Shown in pieces: positions 44,362-54,356 of a DNA stretch of 64,000 nt. The DNA lies in sequence record OM319461.1; one strand, written 5' to 3'. Position 1 is the stretch's first letter, and each line of letters opens with the position of its first letter. Below the pieces are notes generated by a model that was not told where the DNA came from, searched no databases, and saw nothing but the letters and a program-made list of their open reading frames with translations. Position numbers and translations under genes: made by a program.

Positions 44362-46409
44362 TTAATATTCGACGTCGTCNAGCTCGNNACCATTCTTGAT
44401 NCCGAGCATCTGGTCTACCATGTCTTTTGACCAAGCCATGATATCCAGGTTACGTGTACTTAAGTTNGGTTCACCANNNGTNTCNAAAGCAGCCGTGGTG
44501 ATTCTAACNGGNCCATCNTGTCCNAANCGAATNGCACGAGANGTNGCCTGNTCGAGNANNTANTCNCGNAANGGTTGGTCTACNAAGAAAACATCACTTG
44601 CTTCGGTAACNGGTACCGCAGTAGANAATGATTTNTANGTAGCAACNACNACCTTNNTATCCGAGTCNCGTTTAAAGNNATTGATGATNCGTTCAAAGTC
44701 TTTGTTCGTTTCACCGATAACNANNACNTTACCNATNCCNGANTCATCNAGNTANNCNNNTACTGCCTTAGCNACATCCACATAACTTGTAAAGACCATG
44801 ACTTTCTTACGTGCNGTTTCNANNACNCGCANNANACNCATNTGNGGNACCATTGCACGNAAAACAATCGATNCGNCGTCTTACAAGNACGTTACCNAAN
44901 GCNTCNCCTCTTACTACCAACAANAGGGTNCNATGGCGAGAGATAACATATCGAAACTCTTTACGGTCTTCGTTTCCTAAGAACGGCAACACATAATCAT
45001 CTTCGAACTTCTTACACCAACGAAGCTTTTCCATGTCATCCTGAATACTAAAGGCTTTATGCATTTTAGCATTGTAGGCATGATACAGCTTTAAAGCTTC
45101 TGGGTCATAAGTAACAAGGCGCAAAGCCTTCTCTACAAGACGAAGATAAGTTTCTTTAAATTGTGGGCGTAGTTCTTTATAGTACTCTACACGNTGAATG
45201 ATNTANNTGCGCAAGTCAACGCGNACAGTATCNAACAAGAACGGNTGGTGATTTGGAATNCGTACNTCTGANNGTNNNGTCGANNCGNGGGATATCNACN
45301 ACATCNTTNTTGTCGATNCGNTANGTAAACTTACCGATNCGGTTNGCNAGAACATCCAANGCACGTGCACGACTCGCTCCAAAGATCTNCACNAACGCNG
45401 GNNTGACTTCNTCTGTAAAGNANGGATCNATNGTNNACAGTATNGGAACNACTTCTTTACCNAGNGCNTTAAANGGNGTACCNGANGCCCACACGATNTT
45501 CATTGGNTTNGTTCGNTCNACGAACTCNANCAAGAANTGTGTACGGTTAGAAGTTANCTCATTNAAGTTNTGACTNTCNTCNATCCAAATACAGAANTCA
45601 TCACGNCCGATGAATTTGTNNATNAGTCGCTCTAACTTAANNAAGTANTCATANTGACANATAATGAATTCTTCTTTNCCNGTNGGNANTCCNCCNTNNA
45701 GNGANGTCCANTAGGTNGGNTTNTCNACGAAGTTANTATTAATTGTNNNNTCCCATACTTNCTNNACNGAGTTNAGGGGAACNATAAACAACGTTGTCTT
45801 TGCNTNCAAAGNNAACGATGTCATANACCCAGATAGGGTTTTACCAGTACCAGGAGGAGAAGCAAGTACTTGTCCTCTTAGTCCTTGGCTTGAGGTTCTT
45901 TCAGCAATAACTTCCAGAAACTCTTTTTGGTTAACCAGCGGCGTTACATTTAAACGCTTTAGGTTTTTATGGTGCAACTGACGCGGTTGCTCTGGCGTCA
46001 TTGTTGCTAGCCATGTCTTTTCCCGCAGTGCAGTCCGAATGCTCTCGAGGGTCATTTTGTCCGTACGGACTTTAGAGCCATCCTCGATCAATGCGGAAAG
46101 CATATAGTCTACTTCCAAAGCAAAAAACTTATGGCAGATAAAACTACGTGCATTCAGCTCGACAAAGATAGCCCCGCTTACACGTCCGGACTTCCATCGT
46201 CGTTGGATATCTCCGGCGAGGCTTCTCGCCCAGAATCCCATGACAGTGATGTATTCCCCTTCTTCCTTCACGCGTACGACGGGAAGGATATTCAGAATGG
46301 AATCAAAGCTTTCTTGGTCGTATTCGGGATCCATTGAATGCAATGAACCCCANTNGAANACTCTGTCTGCTGGAGATGCTTGAATCANGTCGATATCTAT
46401 AGTGGCCAC
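44362..46409 (-). CDS. superfamily 2 (DExH) helicase, about 680 aa, split across three frames in N patches
   Basis: Walker A SPPGTGKT; motif II codons atn-gan-gan-agt-can (compatible with IDESH) at about 45568-45582; motif IV KVMVFTSY; joins ORFs 45216-46409, 44807-45382 and 44362-44853. Confidence 0.85.
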
Positions 46410-46423
46410 TATATCATCTCCGG

Positions 46424-46756
46424 TTATGCGTTTACCTCTACTCCNTCGAAATAGANTTTACGCGGTTTAATGTTTAGATCGTGCATGACCTTTGCGAGGG
46501 NTAGTGCACTCTCCTCGTTNAGGTCAGTTAANTAAAGNGCGCTTAACTNCTTNAGCCTTTNTTGTTTGACGGAAAGATATCCCCGCCAAAAGTCTTCGGT
46601 NATNNATTGATNNCGATGNGANGCAATNACCAATCCNNNNTTNCCTATAAANTTNCCTAGNTGTGCANANNCAATNTCTTGNCCNTNCTCTCNNTCATNN
46701 ANTTCGAGNTCTAGTTCTGACAAGTCACTNAAACTTGTCGGGCCTTTTGTCGTCAT
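46424..46756 (-). CDS. hypothetical protein
   Basis: 110-aa N-affected ORF upstream of the helicase. Confidence 0.55.
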   Translation of the reverse strand: MTTKGPTSXSDLSELXLEXXXXEXXQXIXXAXLXXFIXXXGLXIXXHXXQXXTEDFWRGYLSVKQXRXKXLSXLXLTDXNEESALXLAKVMHDLNIKPRKXYFXGVEVNA

Positions 46757-46783
46757 AGCGTACTCACTTAGAGGTTGAACCTC

Positions 46784-47157
46784 TTACCAATCAGTAGCNT
46801 GNAAGTCAGTACCAAGATANATTCCNCCNGGNGAATACATCGATTTTGGTTCTTTGGANNTGTCCTTTTCTTTNTTGGCTTCTTTNAANCCNTACTCNNT
46901 TAANAACTCNTCCATNGTTACTAACTCACTACCNGTAGCNCGTGCCATCTTTTTCGCATTGGTTAAAACACGAGCATCAGTGAATGCATGCTCATGATTC
47001 CAGTACCACTGTAACATAGCTTGTTTTTGCTTGTCTGTAGCACTGCCTCGCTTTTTTTTTGATGCCACCCATGTGACGTGCAATATAACTGCGCCAACGT
47101 CCAATCTGCCATTCGTCTTCTGGTTTGCCTTTGTGCTCTATTTCACGACGTCCATAG
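46784..47157 (-). pseudogene. degenerate or frameshifted conserved phage hypothetical gene
   Basis: The frame FYGRREIEHKGKPEDEWQIGRWRSYIARHMGGIKK joins KRGSATDKQKQAMLQWYWN only through a +1 shift in the A9 run (47052-47060); the first frame has no start codon. Confidence 0.45.
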
Positions 47158-47172
47158 AATTAGTGAGTTAGA

Positions 47173-48135
47173 TTAAACGTCTTTTGGTAGACGGGGGAAG
47201 GAAGAAACAACGTGTTCGGTTTCTTTCTTTTTGCCAGGCGTCCATGCAATTGTTTCGTATTCGCCATTCTCGGCTTCTGCTGTACGAAAAGCAATTTCTC
47301 CCTCGGTTTGCTTGGTCTTGTTTTTGACAGCATGGTTTGTCAGTGTACCACAGCTAGGACTATAACGGATTATGTGTTCGGCCTTTGTGGAGACATACTC
47401 GATACGACCGGTGGTGGCACTTACATTATCATAACCATTCGCCATCAGAACGGTTAGTTGTTTGATACCGCCAGCGTCACTGTAAAGTGCAAATTGATTT
47501 ACTTCGCGTCCCGGTAGTTGAGCATACGTAAAGTTTTCGTCCAGTTCGACAATATGACCAACGGTAGGTATTGAGTCTGGGCCAACCGTCTTGATTGTAT
47601 GACAGAATTCACCGCACGTACCATGCGTGACGAAAGCCTCGCTGTTAGTTCCAGTTTTACTGAATACGACATGGCCTTTTGAACTATAACGATAAACAAC
47701 ACCTTTTTCATTGATCGGGTATAAGTCACTATAGGATCCGATATCTGCCAATACTTCTGGTACAGCTTCGACCATGTATGTTTCTCTGATGCGTAAGCCA
47801 CCATGTGCACCAAGCTTCATAGTAAGTAACCAGGCACCAGTATGGAACAACAGAATAAAGTCTCCATCTGAATCACGCAGATATTTCTGTGTTACTGCAA
47901 ATCGACTGTCGCCAGTGGCAATAACGAACGCATGATGAAAAGCACAAGGAATAGAGATACTCGTTTCTTTGATTACCTTGTGGAAATAGCATGCTGCCGG
48001 GATACTTTGAAAGAAGCGAGACAAGACATCGATATTCCAGGTAGCTTCTCGTAGTTCTTTGTTTATCTTCGAGTCAGACAGTTCCACCACTCTCGTGTTT
48101 ACTCTTGATAATTCAAAATCAGTATTCTTTGTCAT
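47173..48135 (-). CDS. hypothetical protein
   Basis: 320-aa clean ORF, beta-rich. Confidence 0.75.
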   Translation of the reverse strand: MTKNTDFELSRVNTRVVELSDSKINKELREATWNIDVLSRFFQSIPAACYFHKVIKETSISIPCAFHHAFVIATGDSRFAVTQKYLRDSDGDFILLFHTGAWLLTMKLGAHGGLRIRETYMVEAVPEVLADIGSYSDLYPINEKGVVYRYSSKGHVVFSKTGTNSEAFVTHGTCGEFCHTIKTVGPDSIPTVGHIVELDENFTYAQLPGREVNQFALYSDAGGIKQLTVLMANGYDNVSATTGRIEYVSTKAEHIIRYSPSCGTLTNHAVKNKTKQTEGEIAFRTAEAENGEYETIAWTPGKKKETEHVVSSFPRLPKDV

Positions 48136-48730
48136 CTTTGATTCCTAATAGCTCGTATAGAGCAGTTGCGTCTTCTTCGAAAAGAAGATTAAAGGTTGGA
48201 ATACCCATTGCTTTCGCCAATCGCACTGCAATCGCGGTACCTCCCTTGGGTGTTCCGTTTTTTGTGACTGGAGCATAATAAGCAACAAAGTCACTTTGAC
48301 TAAAGTCAGGCAAGACTACTTGAAAGACATTTCTAAGATACATGGCTTTGACCCCACGACTTAGATTGTGCAACCAGACAACACCGCAGTCCCACAGCAG
48401 AACTGAAGCTAATTGAGTCATAAATTCATCGAGTACATACTGTCTATCTTGTTCGACATAAAAATCCTGGAATCCATTCCATGGAAGTATCTGGTGAAAG
48501 TACTTGCCCCCACCGAAATACTCGTATGACTTTCTCCAAACAGTATCCATGCCCGGAGCAGCTCCTGACCAGCCCTCTATCGCGTTTTCTACACAATGTT
48601 GACTGATGAGACGCATATGTTTTAAAAGCCTTGGACGGAGCTCTACAGGGACTTCTCGTGAACCTATAAATGTTCCATTAGTAATCTTTTCCGAAGGATT
48701 TACATGCGAGTCTAAATCTTCTTGTTTCAT
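48119..48730 (-). CDS. DprA/SLOG-superfamily-like protein
   Basis: FIGSRE, SGAAPGMD, ILPWNGF, RNVFQV and GGTAIAVRLAKAMGIPTFNL motifs. Confidence 0.75.
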   Translation of the reverse strand: MKQEDLDSHVNPSEKITNGTFIGSREVPVELRPRLLKHMRLISQHCVENAIEGWSGAAPGMDTVWRKSYEYFGGGKYFHQILPWNGFQDFYVEQDRQYVLDEFMTQLASVLLWDCGVVWLHNLSRGVKAMYLRNVFQVVLPDFSQSDFVAYYAPVTKNGTPKGGTAIAVRLAKAMGIPTFNLLFEEDATALYELLGIKDDKEY

Positions 48731-49463
48731 CGACTAATACCTGTAATAAAACCTCACCGATGCGCCATGCTTCATACTCGTCCTTTTCTTCGGTATCAAC
48801 ATGAATTGCATAGCCGCCTGCTGCCTGCCATTCTTTTATGTTGACCAGATAGTCATCGACGAGGATTGCTTGAGGTTCAGCATAAAACTTCTTACCTGCA
48901 CTGTCTTCCGTATAGATGATATCAGGTAGCTTGCTAACGCCTCTTTCTTTTAAGGCCATTGTTAATGACTCTCGCTTACCGCGACGAATCGAACGTGACT
49001 CTCCGACTGGATCAACAGCAGTGAGGAACTTAACATTGATTCCGTTACCGATTAGTCTTACCGCCATATCCAGCCCGCGATTCATTGGTTCTAGATCACG
49101 GAAGAAATCTGGATACTTATCGTAGACCGCTCGCACCAACTTATCTTTGTCGGGGTGCTTATTCAGCTCATCGATATTTTTAAACTGTGGATATTCTTTA
49201 AGGATCTCTTTACGCCAGTTATGAGTAATGCCATCCATATCAAAATACACTACATATTCCTTGCCTGACCAAATGGCCTCACGTAGTTCTTCCTTGCGGG
49301 CAATCAAAAGAAGCATCTTGGAAGCCAGATCCATTTTCTTTATTTCTTCGTCGCGTGTTTCCATTCCCACATTACAACAGAAACGCATCTTTTCTCTAAC
49401 TGACGAAAAACTATTTAGTGCTTGTACTGCCAAGTCTTTGTTTGATTTTTGGATAATTGACAT
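48678..49463 (-). CDS. HAD-family 5'(3')-deoxyribonucleotidase-like protein
   Basis: YFDMDG, FFRDLEPM, FLTA and ILVDDYLVNIKEWQAAGG; likely start MSIIQKS at 49463. Confidence 0.85.
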   Translation of the reverse strand: MSIIQKSNKDLAVQALNSFSSVREKMRFCCNVGMETRDEEIKKMDLASKMLLLIARKEELREAIWSGKEYVVYFDMDGITHNWRKEILKEYPQFKNIDELNKHPDKDKLVRAVYDKYPDFFRDLEPMNRGLDMAVRLIGNGINVKFLTAVDPVGESRSIRRGKRESLTMALKERGVSKLPDIIYTEDSAGKKFYAEPQAILVDDYLVNIKEWQAAGGYAIHVDTEEKDEYEAWRIGEVLLQVLVDETRRFRLACKSFGKDY

Positions 49464-49517
49464 TTTATAAACTCCTGTGTTTTCTAATTTATTTTTACTC
49501 GACGTCAAAAAAGAAAG

Positions 49518-49541
49518 ATCCCCTGCCCGAAGGCAGAGGAT
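49518..49541 (-). terminator. intrinsic terminator, UUCG loop
   Basis: cctgcc-cgaa-ggcag core with an A-tract on its left. Confidence 0.75.
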
Positions 49542-49549
49542 ACTTTTTA

Positions 49550-49908
49550 TTATCGAATAATAGTAAAGGCTGTTGTGCCTGTACTAATTACACGAACCTG
49601 GGTGTTTGGCTGGATAACCAGATCCGCACCCGCGTTCGCTGTTTTGTTGCCCGGATCCAGTCGTACCTTCCGCAAAACTTGTATTAGGCGGGTTGTCTCC
49701 GTTAGCACGCCAAAGCGAACTCAGATGGAAAACAATTGTACCCGCTGTCTGTAGCTTTGTCTCGTCATAGTTAACAATGCCACTTCCCTCCGAGCCACCT
49801 CCAGTTCCGTCTGGGAAACCAGTCTCGGTAGGGTTCTTACCATAAGTGGTAGATTGCTTTTGTTGCATCATATACCAAAACCACAGAGTAAGGACGAATA
49901 TCGCTCAT
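49550..49908 (-). pseudogene. remnant of a fibre-like gene, broken across three frames
   Basis: GAGGA-led MSDIRPYSVVLVYD..., then ...IVNYDETKLQTAGTIVFHLSSLWRANGDNPPNTSFAEGTTG, then GNKTANAGADLVIQPNTQVRVISTGTTAFTIIR-stop just before a terminator; no Ns in this region. Confidence 0.5.
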
Positions 49909-50057
49909 TGTTCTTTCCTCAAATGAATGAAAAATTACTCGGTTCTGTGTCCGAGGAAAAGACTGATTTGGATATCGTAAAGCACATGTAAAACACTGAA
50001 CCAGACTATTTAATTTGATCGAAGCTATTGCGGTACAAAGGAAAAATAAAAACTACC

Positions 50058-50078
50058 CACTCCCTCTCGGGAGCAGGA
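50058..50078 (-). terminator. probable intrinsic terminator (GAGA loop on the minus strand)
   Basis: ctccc-tctc-gggag with an A-tract at 50042-50052. Confidence 0.55.
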
Positions 50079-50232
50079 TGATTCTGGCGGCGAAATTTTT
50101 CTTGTTATTACTGATTTCTATCTCTATTTCTCTCTTAGATGCTATAATTTCTAGCCTCTACCGTAGACCGGTTTTTCTCTATAATTAGTAAACCGATATG
50201 TTAAAAATGAAAAAAAAAAATAAGCGGAGAAG

Positions 50233-50260
50233 AACTCCTCTACCCGAAGGCAGAGGAGCT
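50233..50260 (-). terminator. intrinsic terminator, UUCG loop
   Basis: ctcctct-a-cc-cgaa-gg-c-agaggag, with poly-A at 50210-50220. Confidence 0.75.
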
Positions 50261-50264
50261 TTAA

Positions 50265-50639
50265 TTAGAACAAGTTTAATTGCTTAAACATTTCTACGTG
50301 AATGCGGTTAACCACACCATTGAAACCAAGTACTTCATAAGGAGCCACAAGAGATTCCTCATTGAACGATGTACTCACACGGACATGACAGCGACCTTTA
50401 ACATCGATTGCTACTAGACGACCGCGCTTCTCGCCCATAAGACGAATGTTAACGCCAGATGAAGTAGCTGCCATTTCGATGTTGCCCGCATCTAGTTTGA
50501 ACTCATTGTTCTTGATGCGACCCAACAGCGTAAACAGATGCGTACGCAGAGCTTGATTGATTTCTGGGTTGACTGTCATTAGATGAATTGAAAGATCGCC
50601 ATTTGAGTTGATCACTGTACCAGTTTCTAATTTTTTCAT
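50265..50639 (-). CDS. hypothetical protein
   Basis: 124-aa ORF. Confidence 0.7.
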   Translation of the reverse strand: MKKLETGTVINSNGDLSIHLMTVNPEINQALRTHLFTLLGRIKNNEFKLDAGNIEMAATSSGVNIRLMGEKRGRLVAIDVKGRCHVRVSTSFNEESLVAPYEVLGFNGVVNRIHVEMFKQLNLF

Positions 50640-50655
50640 TATTTAGTTTTCCCGA

Positions 50656-51477
50656 TTAAATAGTTTTTACTTTTAGTGTGCCCATACCTAGTTTAAGAGT
50701 CATGTATTCGCCTGACTCTAGAACTTCGGCCAACGGTGGTGTGTCTCCATTTGATTGGACATAAAGACCAAACTTCCCATCGTTTCTCTTGATTGAATAA
50801 GCATCCTTGCAATCACCAAAGACTGGTAACCAATAGCGGAACGCCATATCGACTTCACCGCCTGCGTAGTATTGGATACCATATGCAATAACTTCGCCTG
50901 CGTCTAGGTTTGGTTTGTCGACATCAAGATAGCTGGTATTGATCACAGCCGTAGCTGACAAGCGATCAGTTTCGGCATAGATGCGGTTTTCTGACAAAGC
51001 TACCAGACGACCCGTTGTAACATCACGATGATAGTACAGCTTCGTAGTTCCATTGCATTCACGAACACCATCCGTAATGCAAAGACGCCCGTTAATAATT
51101 GAAAGATTATATTGGGTAGTAATGTCTGGTTTTGCTGTGATGTCCGACAAGAGTACGGTTACCTGGCTGGTGACCACGTCTACTGCAATCTTGAACAATT
51201 CTGCTCCTGCTTCCGCACCACAGATCTCGACCAAATGTCCTTCGGTAGATTCGACTTTGATCTCGATGTCATGTGATTGATTTCGAAAGATACAAGCAGC
51301 AACCAAAGCATCAATGGCAGTAAAGTAACGACGATCGGCAAAGCCTCGTTGAGAGATACGATCTAACCAAAAACCCACGGCATGGTGGTTGGCAATATAA
51401 CTTAGTGTGAATGCTTCTACATCCATCGATTTAAAACCAGAAAGTTGAAGCTTTTGAATTCGTGTAAATTCTAGCAT
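50656..51477 (-). CDS. hypothetical protein
   Basis: 273-aa ORF, GGAG site. Confidence 0.75.
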   Translation of the reverse strand: MLEFTRIQKLQLSGFKSMDVEAFTLSYIANHHAVGFWLDRISQRGFADRRYFTAIDALVAACIFRNQSHDIEIKVESTEGHLVEICGAEAGAELFKIAVDVVTSQVTVLLSDITAKPDITTQYNLSIINGRLCITDGVRECNGTTKLYYHRDVTTGRLVALSENRIYAETDRLSATAVINTSYLDVDKPNLDAGEVIAYGIQYYAGGEVDMAFRYWLPVFGDCKDAYSIKRNDGKFGLYVQSNGDTPPLAEVLESGEYMTLKLGMGTLKVKTI

Positions 51478-51490
51478 GATAAATCTCCTA

Positions 51491-52000
51491 TTAAGAAAAT
51501 GTTGCGTCTAGGTTGTAACCAACACCGTTCAGTAGAACAATGATGTCTTTGTTAAGTGTGCGCGATAGTTTACCACCACCAGACAACTTAACGCTTTCTG
51601 CTGATACTTTCACAACGCTGGTCTTTAAGTTTACTTCGCCGACCAAATGAACTTCCCATGCTAAACGAGAGATTTGTTGTGGGTCATAATGACGATCAAA
51701 TAGGAAGCGACCTACTTCGTCTTCGATAGGTAGTTTCACTGTCATGTCTAGGAACATGTCGTCAAAGCCACCTTCTTGAGTAATGTAAAAAGTACTACAT
51801 CTGTTTTTAAGCGTTGTGCTGGCCACTGGGAACTCTTCGCCTTGTAGCTTAGCACGAAGTTCAAAGCTCTTTAGAATCACGACAGGATCAAGCACAGCGC
51901 GTTCTGGGATACGGTTGTTAGAAAGCACTGCTAGGTTATGCGGGAAGCCGAAAGAAAGAGGAGCTGTATCGATTGTTTCAAATTTTACACGTTTGATCAT
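51491..52000 (-). CDS. hypothetical protein
   Basis: Likely start MIKRVKFE at 52000 (AGGA site); the track's 52177 start runs through a promoter and a terminator. Confidence 0.7.
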   Translation of the reverse strand: MIKRVKFETIDTAPLSFGFPHNLAVLSNNRIPERAVLDPVVILKSFELRAKLQGEEFPVASTTLKNRCSTFYITQEGGFDDMFLDMTVKLPIEDEVGRFLFDRHYDPQQISRLAWEVHLVGEVNLKTSVVKVSAESVKLSGGGKLSRTLNKDIIVLLNGVGYNLDATFS

Positions 52001-52056
52001 GGTTTTAATTCCTGTGATTGAGTTTAAGATAAGGATTGATTGATTCAATCCATCTA

Positions 52057-52086
52057 GGTTATATAGAGATAAAAAGAAAATGATCC
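52057..52086 (-). promoter_or_regulatory. phage early promoter (TATATAAC core)
   Basis: aatccatctaggttatatagagataaa differs at only one position from the stretch beginning at 63903. Confidence 0.7.
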
Positions 52087-52108
52087 CCGCCTCCACATGG
52101 AGGCAGGG
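52085..52108 (-). terminator. intrinsic terminator
   Basis: ccc-c-gcctcc-acat-ggaggc-a-ggg with an A-tract on its left. Confidence 0.7.
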
Positions 52109-52116
52109 TATTGTGT

Positions 52117-53181
52117 TTATGCAAATGGGCTTACAGGGAAAGACAACTTCGAGTAGCGAGCCGGTACTTTGTCCCATAGACCTTTAGCACATAAGAAGTC
52201 CACTGGATTGCCAGCTTCGTCGCGGCGTAGCTTATAGGTGATCTTGTGTTGTTCACCTGTCTTGATTGACATAGAGCTACGTACCTTAAGGATACCTTCG
52301 TCATCGTACTCATAGTTAAAGACTGCACCAGGAGTACGCTTGATTAGCAACTGACCGGATTCGCCACGACATGCAAATGCCATTGGGAATTTACTGTCTT
52401 TTGTTTCACGATGTACTGTGTATCGAACACCAGTATTTTTACACTTGAAGTACTCTACGACTTTTGAACCATGTGGAGACATTTCGAAAAGACTAACAAA
52501 GTCAGTCATGTCCTTTTTCTGGATCGGCAAGTTCGTCGCAGTATTTGCGGCTAAAATGGCCGTTGTCTGACTAGCTAATAATGTACGGCATGCCCAGATG
52601 CTATGCTCGGATAATGCTGGGCGCAGTTTATCAAAGACAGCAAGCCAATCTTGATCGATTGGTGTTTCCTCATCAACAGCATGTGCATGACTATAGGTAG
52701 CCTCAGTGAAATTAGCACCGTATGTGGTTTCCGTAAAGTTAACGGTTTTGGCATGGACGGCATCCAGATGCATACTACGAATCAATCGTCCTTCTGTGTC
52801 GAATTCGACGATGCCCTCTGGAACTGCTTTATCTGAACTGCCTTTAGCACGGAACTCTTCACAGATCTTTTCCCAATGCATCGAGTTGCGCGACTCAGTA
52901 TAGCGGATAACTGCTATTGTATCTGGGAACTCCACGATCTCAATGATTGCGATTGGAAAGCAGTCGATATAGACGATCTTTGTTTGACTTGCAAACAGAT
53001 GAGTCTTCGGACGATCTACACCATTCTTTTCGTTGATTGGTGTCCATTGCGAAAGAGCTACTTGATAAAGATCAATCACTTTATTGTGGTAAAGCATTGT
53101 TAGGCTTTCCTGATTTAAAACCATTGATTGGCCGATAGTTACAAGAAAGTCGTTTGTTAGTTTGATGTTTTTGAAGTTCAT
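52117..53181 (-). CDS. hypothetical protein
   Basis: 354-aa clean ORF. Confidence 0.75.
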   Translation of the reverse strand: MNFKNIKLTNDFLVTIGQSMVLNQESLTMLYHNKVIDLYQVALSQWTPINEKNGVDRPKTHLFASQTKIVYIDCFPIAIIEIVEFPDTIAVIRYTESRNSMHWEKICEEFRAKGSSDKAVPEGIVEFDTEGRLIRSMHLDAVHAKTVNFTETTYGANFTEATYSHAHAVDEETPIDQDWLAVFDKLRPALSEHSIWACRTLLASQTTAILAANTATNLPIQKKDMTDFVSLFEMSPHGSKVVEYFKCKNTGVRYTVHRETKDSKFPMAFACRGESGQLLIKRTPGAVFNYEYDDEGILKVRSSMSIKTGEQHKITYKLRRDEAGNPVDFLCAKGLWDKVPARYSKLSFPVSPFA

Positions 53182-53215
53182 GGGTTTTGCCCTTATATAA
53201 AGATATATGAAAGAT

Positions 53216-53236
53216 GAGGGAGGTTCTGCCTCCCTC
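53216..53236 (-). terminator. hairpin, probable terminator
   Basis: Perfect 8-bp stem gagggagg-ttctg-cctccctc. Confidence 0.6.
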
Positions 53237-53253
53237 GATTGGGGTTTTATTAC

Positions 53254-53613
53254 TTAAAGCAAGATGCGTTCAGCACCGAGCTCTTGTAGAAAGAGATTGA
53301 ATCCATTGACCGTGCGTACATCCATCTCGCACTTTTCTTGACTCAGGATTGCCAGACTGACAGTTTCGTGTTGTTGTGTATCTAGCTCAACGAGTTCGAA
53401 GTTATAGCCTACGCCTTCTTCATATACGTTGTTTACACGATAGTGACCTTCGCGAAAATCGATACGAATATCTGATTTAGGTTCACGAAACAAAAACTCT
53501 TTTACTAACATTGCATTGCCCGCTGTTAGCGGCAGAACTGGTTTTGCCATGTCTGTTGCATTGTAGACAAATTGAGCTTGGTCTGAAAGACTACTGAAAT
53601 TAAGTTGATCCAT
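53254..53613 (-). CDS. hypothetical protein
   Basis: 119-aa ORF. Confidence 0.7.
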   Translation of the reverse strand: MDQLNFSSLSDQAQFVYNATDMAKPVLPLTAGNAMLVKEFLFREPKSDIRIDFREGHYRVNNVYEEGVGYNFELVELDTQQHETVSLAILSQEKCEMDVRTVNGFNLFLQELGAERILL

Positions 53614-53626
53614 GGTATTGACCTTC

Positions 53627-54349
53627 TTAGTCTAGTTTAAGATATGTCGGTTGGGTACCGTCACGCATTACGATATTGGCTGTGGCATCCACCACTTCTG
53701 GGATAGCTAAGTTAGTCGCCGCTAGGTTGGTTTCGTCTCCATCCAGAAAAACAATATCTGAGTTATCGATAGGTTTCGTACCATCTAGTTTGGCAGCCAT
53801 CGCTAGTTCAGCAAACGTCACGGTAATTGTTTTATCCATGTCGTTTTCTACTTCTACTTTATACCAGTTGTTTACCGATGGGAATAACTCACGGTTAGAA
53901 GTATGGCGGAACTCACCATCCTCAGAAACAATAATGCGACTCACGCCAGGTACGTGTCGATATGCACGATGGAATGAATGCATTATTGGTTTTGTGTATT
54001 GGTAGATGAACATACCTTGGCGTAGATGTGCTTCCGACTCTGCGATTACTTTGATTCCGATTTCTGGATCAAGCAACTGAGCATCGCTGATGACAGGGAT
54101 AGGACGGCGAGATAGACACCATAGCCAGAATACGCTGACTTGCTTGTCCACTGCTACCAGACCATCGATGTCTGTTAAAAACACATCCGTCCACGGGGCA
54201 TCGTCATCACGAAAGACAAACTTTTTGCCTGTCTCCGAATCCAATAGCTCAGTCGAACTAATTGCAAAACGCCCATCAGCAATAGAGCTGATGGTGCGCA
54301 ATGCACGATGTTCGTCAGTGGCTGTTCTATAAAGCTCTTGACTAATCAT
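53627..54349 (-). CDS. hypothetical protein
   Basis: 240-aa ORF. Confidence 0.75.
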   Translation of the reverse strand: MISQELYRTATDEHRALRTISSIADGRFAISSTELLDSETGKKFVFRDDDAPWTDVFLTDIDGLVAVDKQVSVFWLWCLSRRPIPVISDAQLLDPEIGIKVIAESEAHLRQGMFIYQYTKPIMHSFHRAYRHVPGVSRIIVSEDGEFRHTSNRELFPSVNNWYKVEVENDMDKTITVTFAELAMAAKLDGTKPIDNSDIVFLDGDETNLAATNLAIPEVVDATANIVMRDGTQPTYLKLD

Positions 54350-54356
54350 CGTTGAC

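Noticed and set aside
44362-46409. Split helicase as intron, intein or programmed frameshift
   Set aside because: Both breaks fall in N-dense patches and the joined length fits a single SF2 helicase; no intervening element is present.
1400-46920. N-rich patches as diversity-generating retroelement variable regions
   Set aside because: They span many unrelated genes and are biased to third codon positions where counted; no reverse transcriptase or template/variable repeat pair is visible in the window.
53192-53221. Additional early promoter (TTTATATAAGG)
   Set aside because: The core is degenerate, the upstream hexamer is missing and there is almost no leader before the ATG at 53181.
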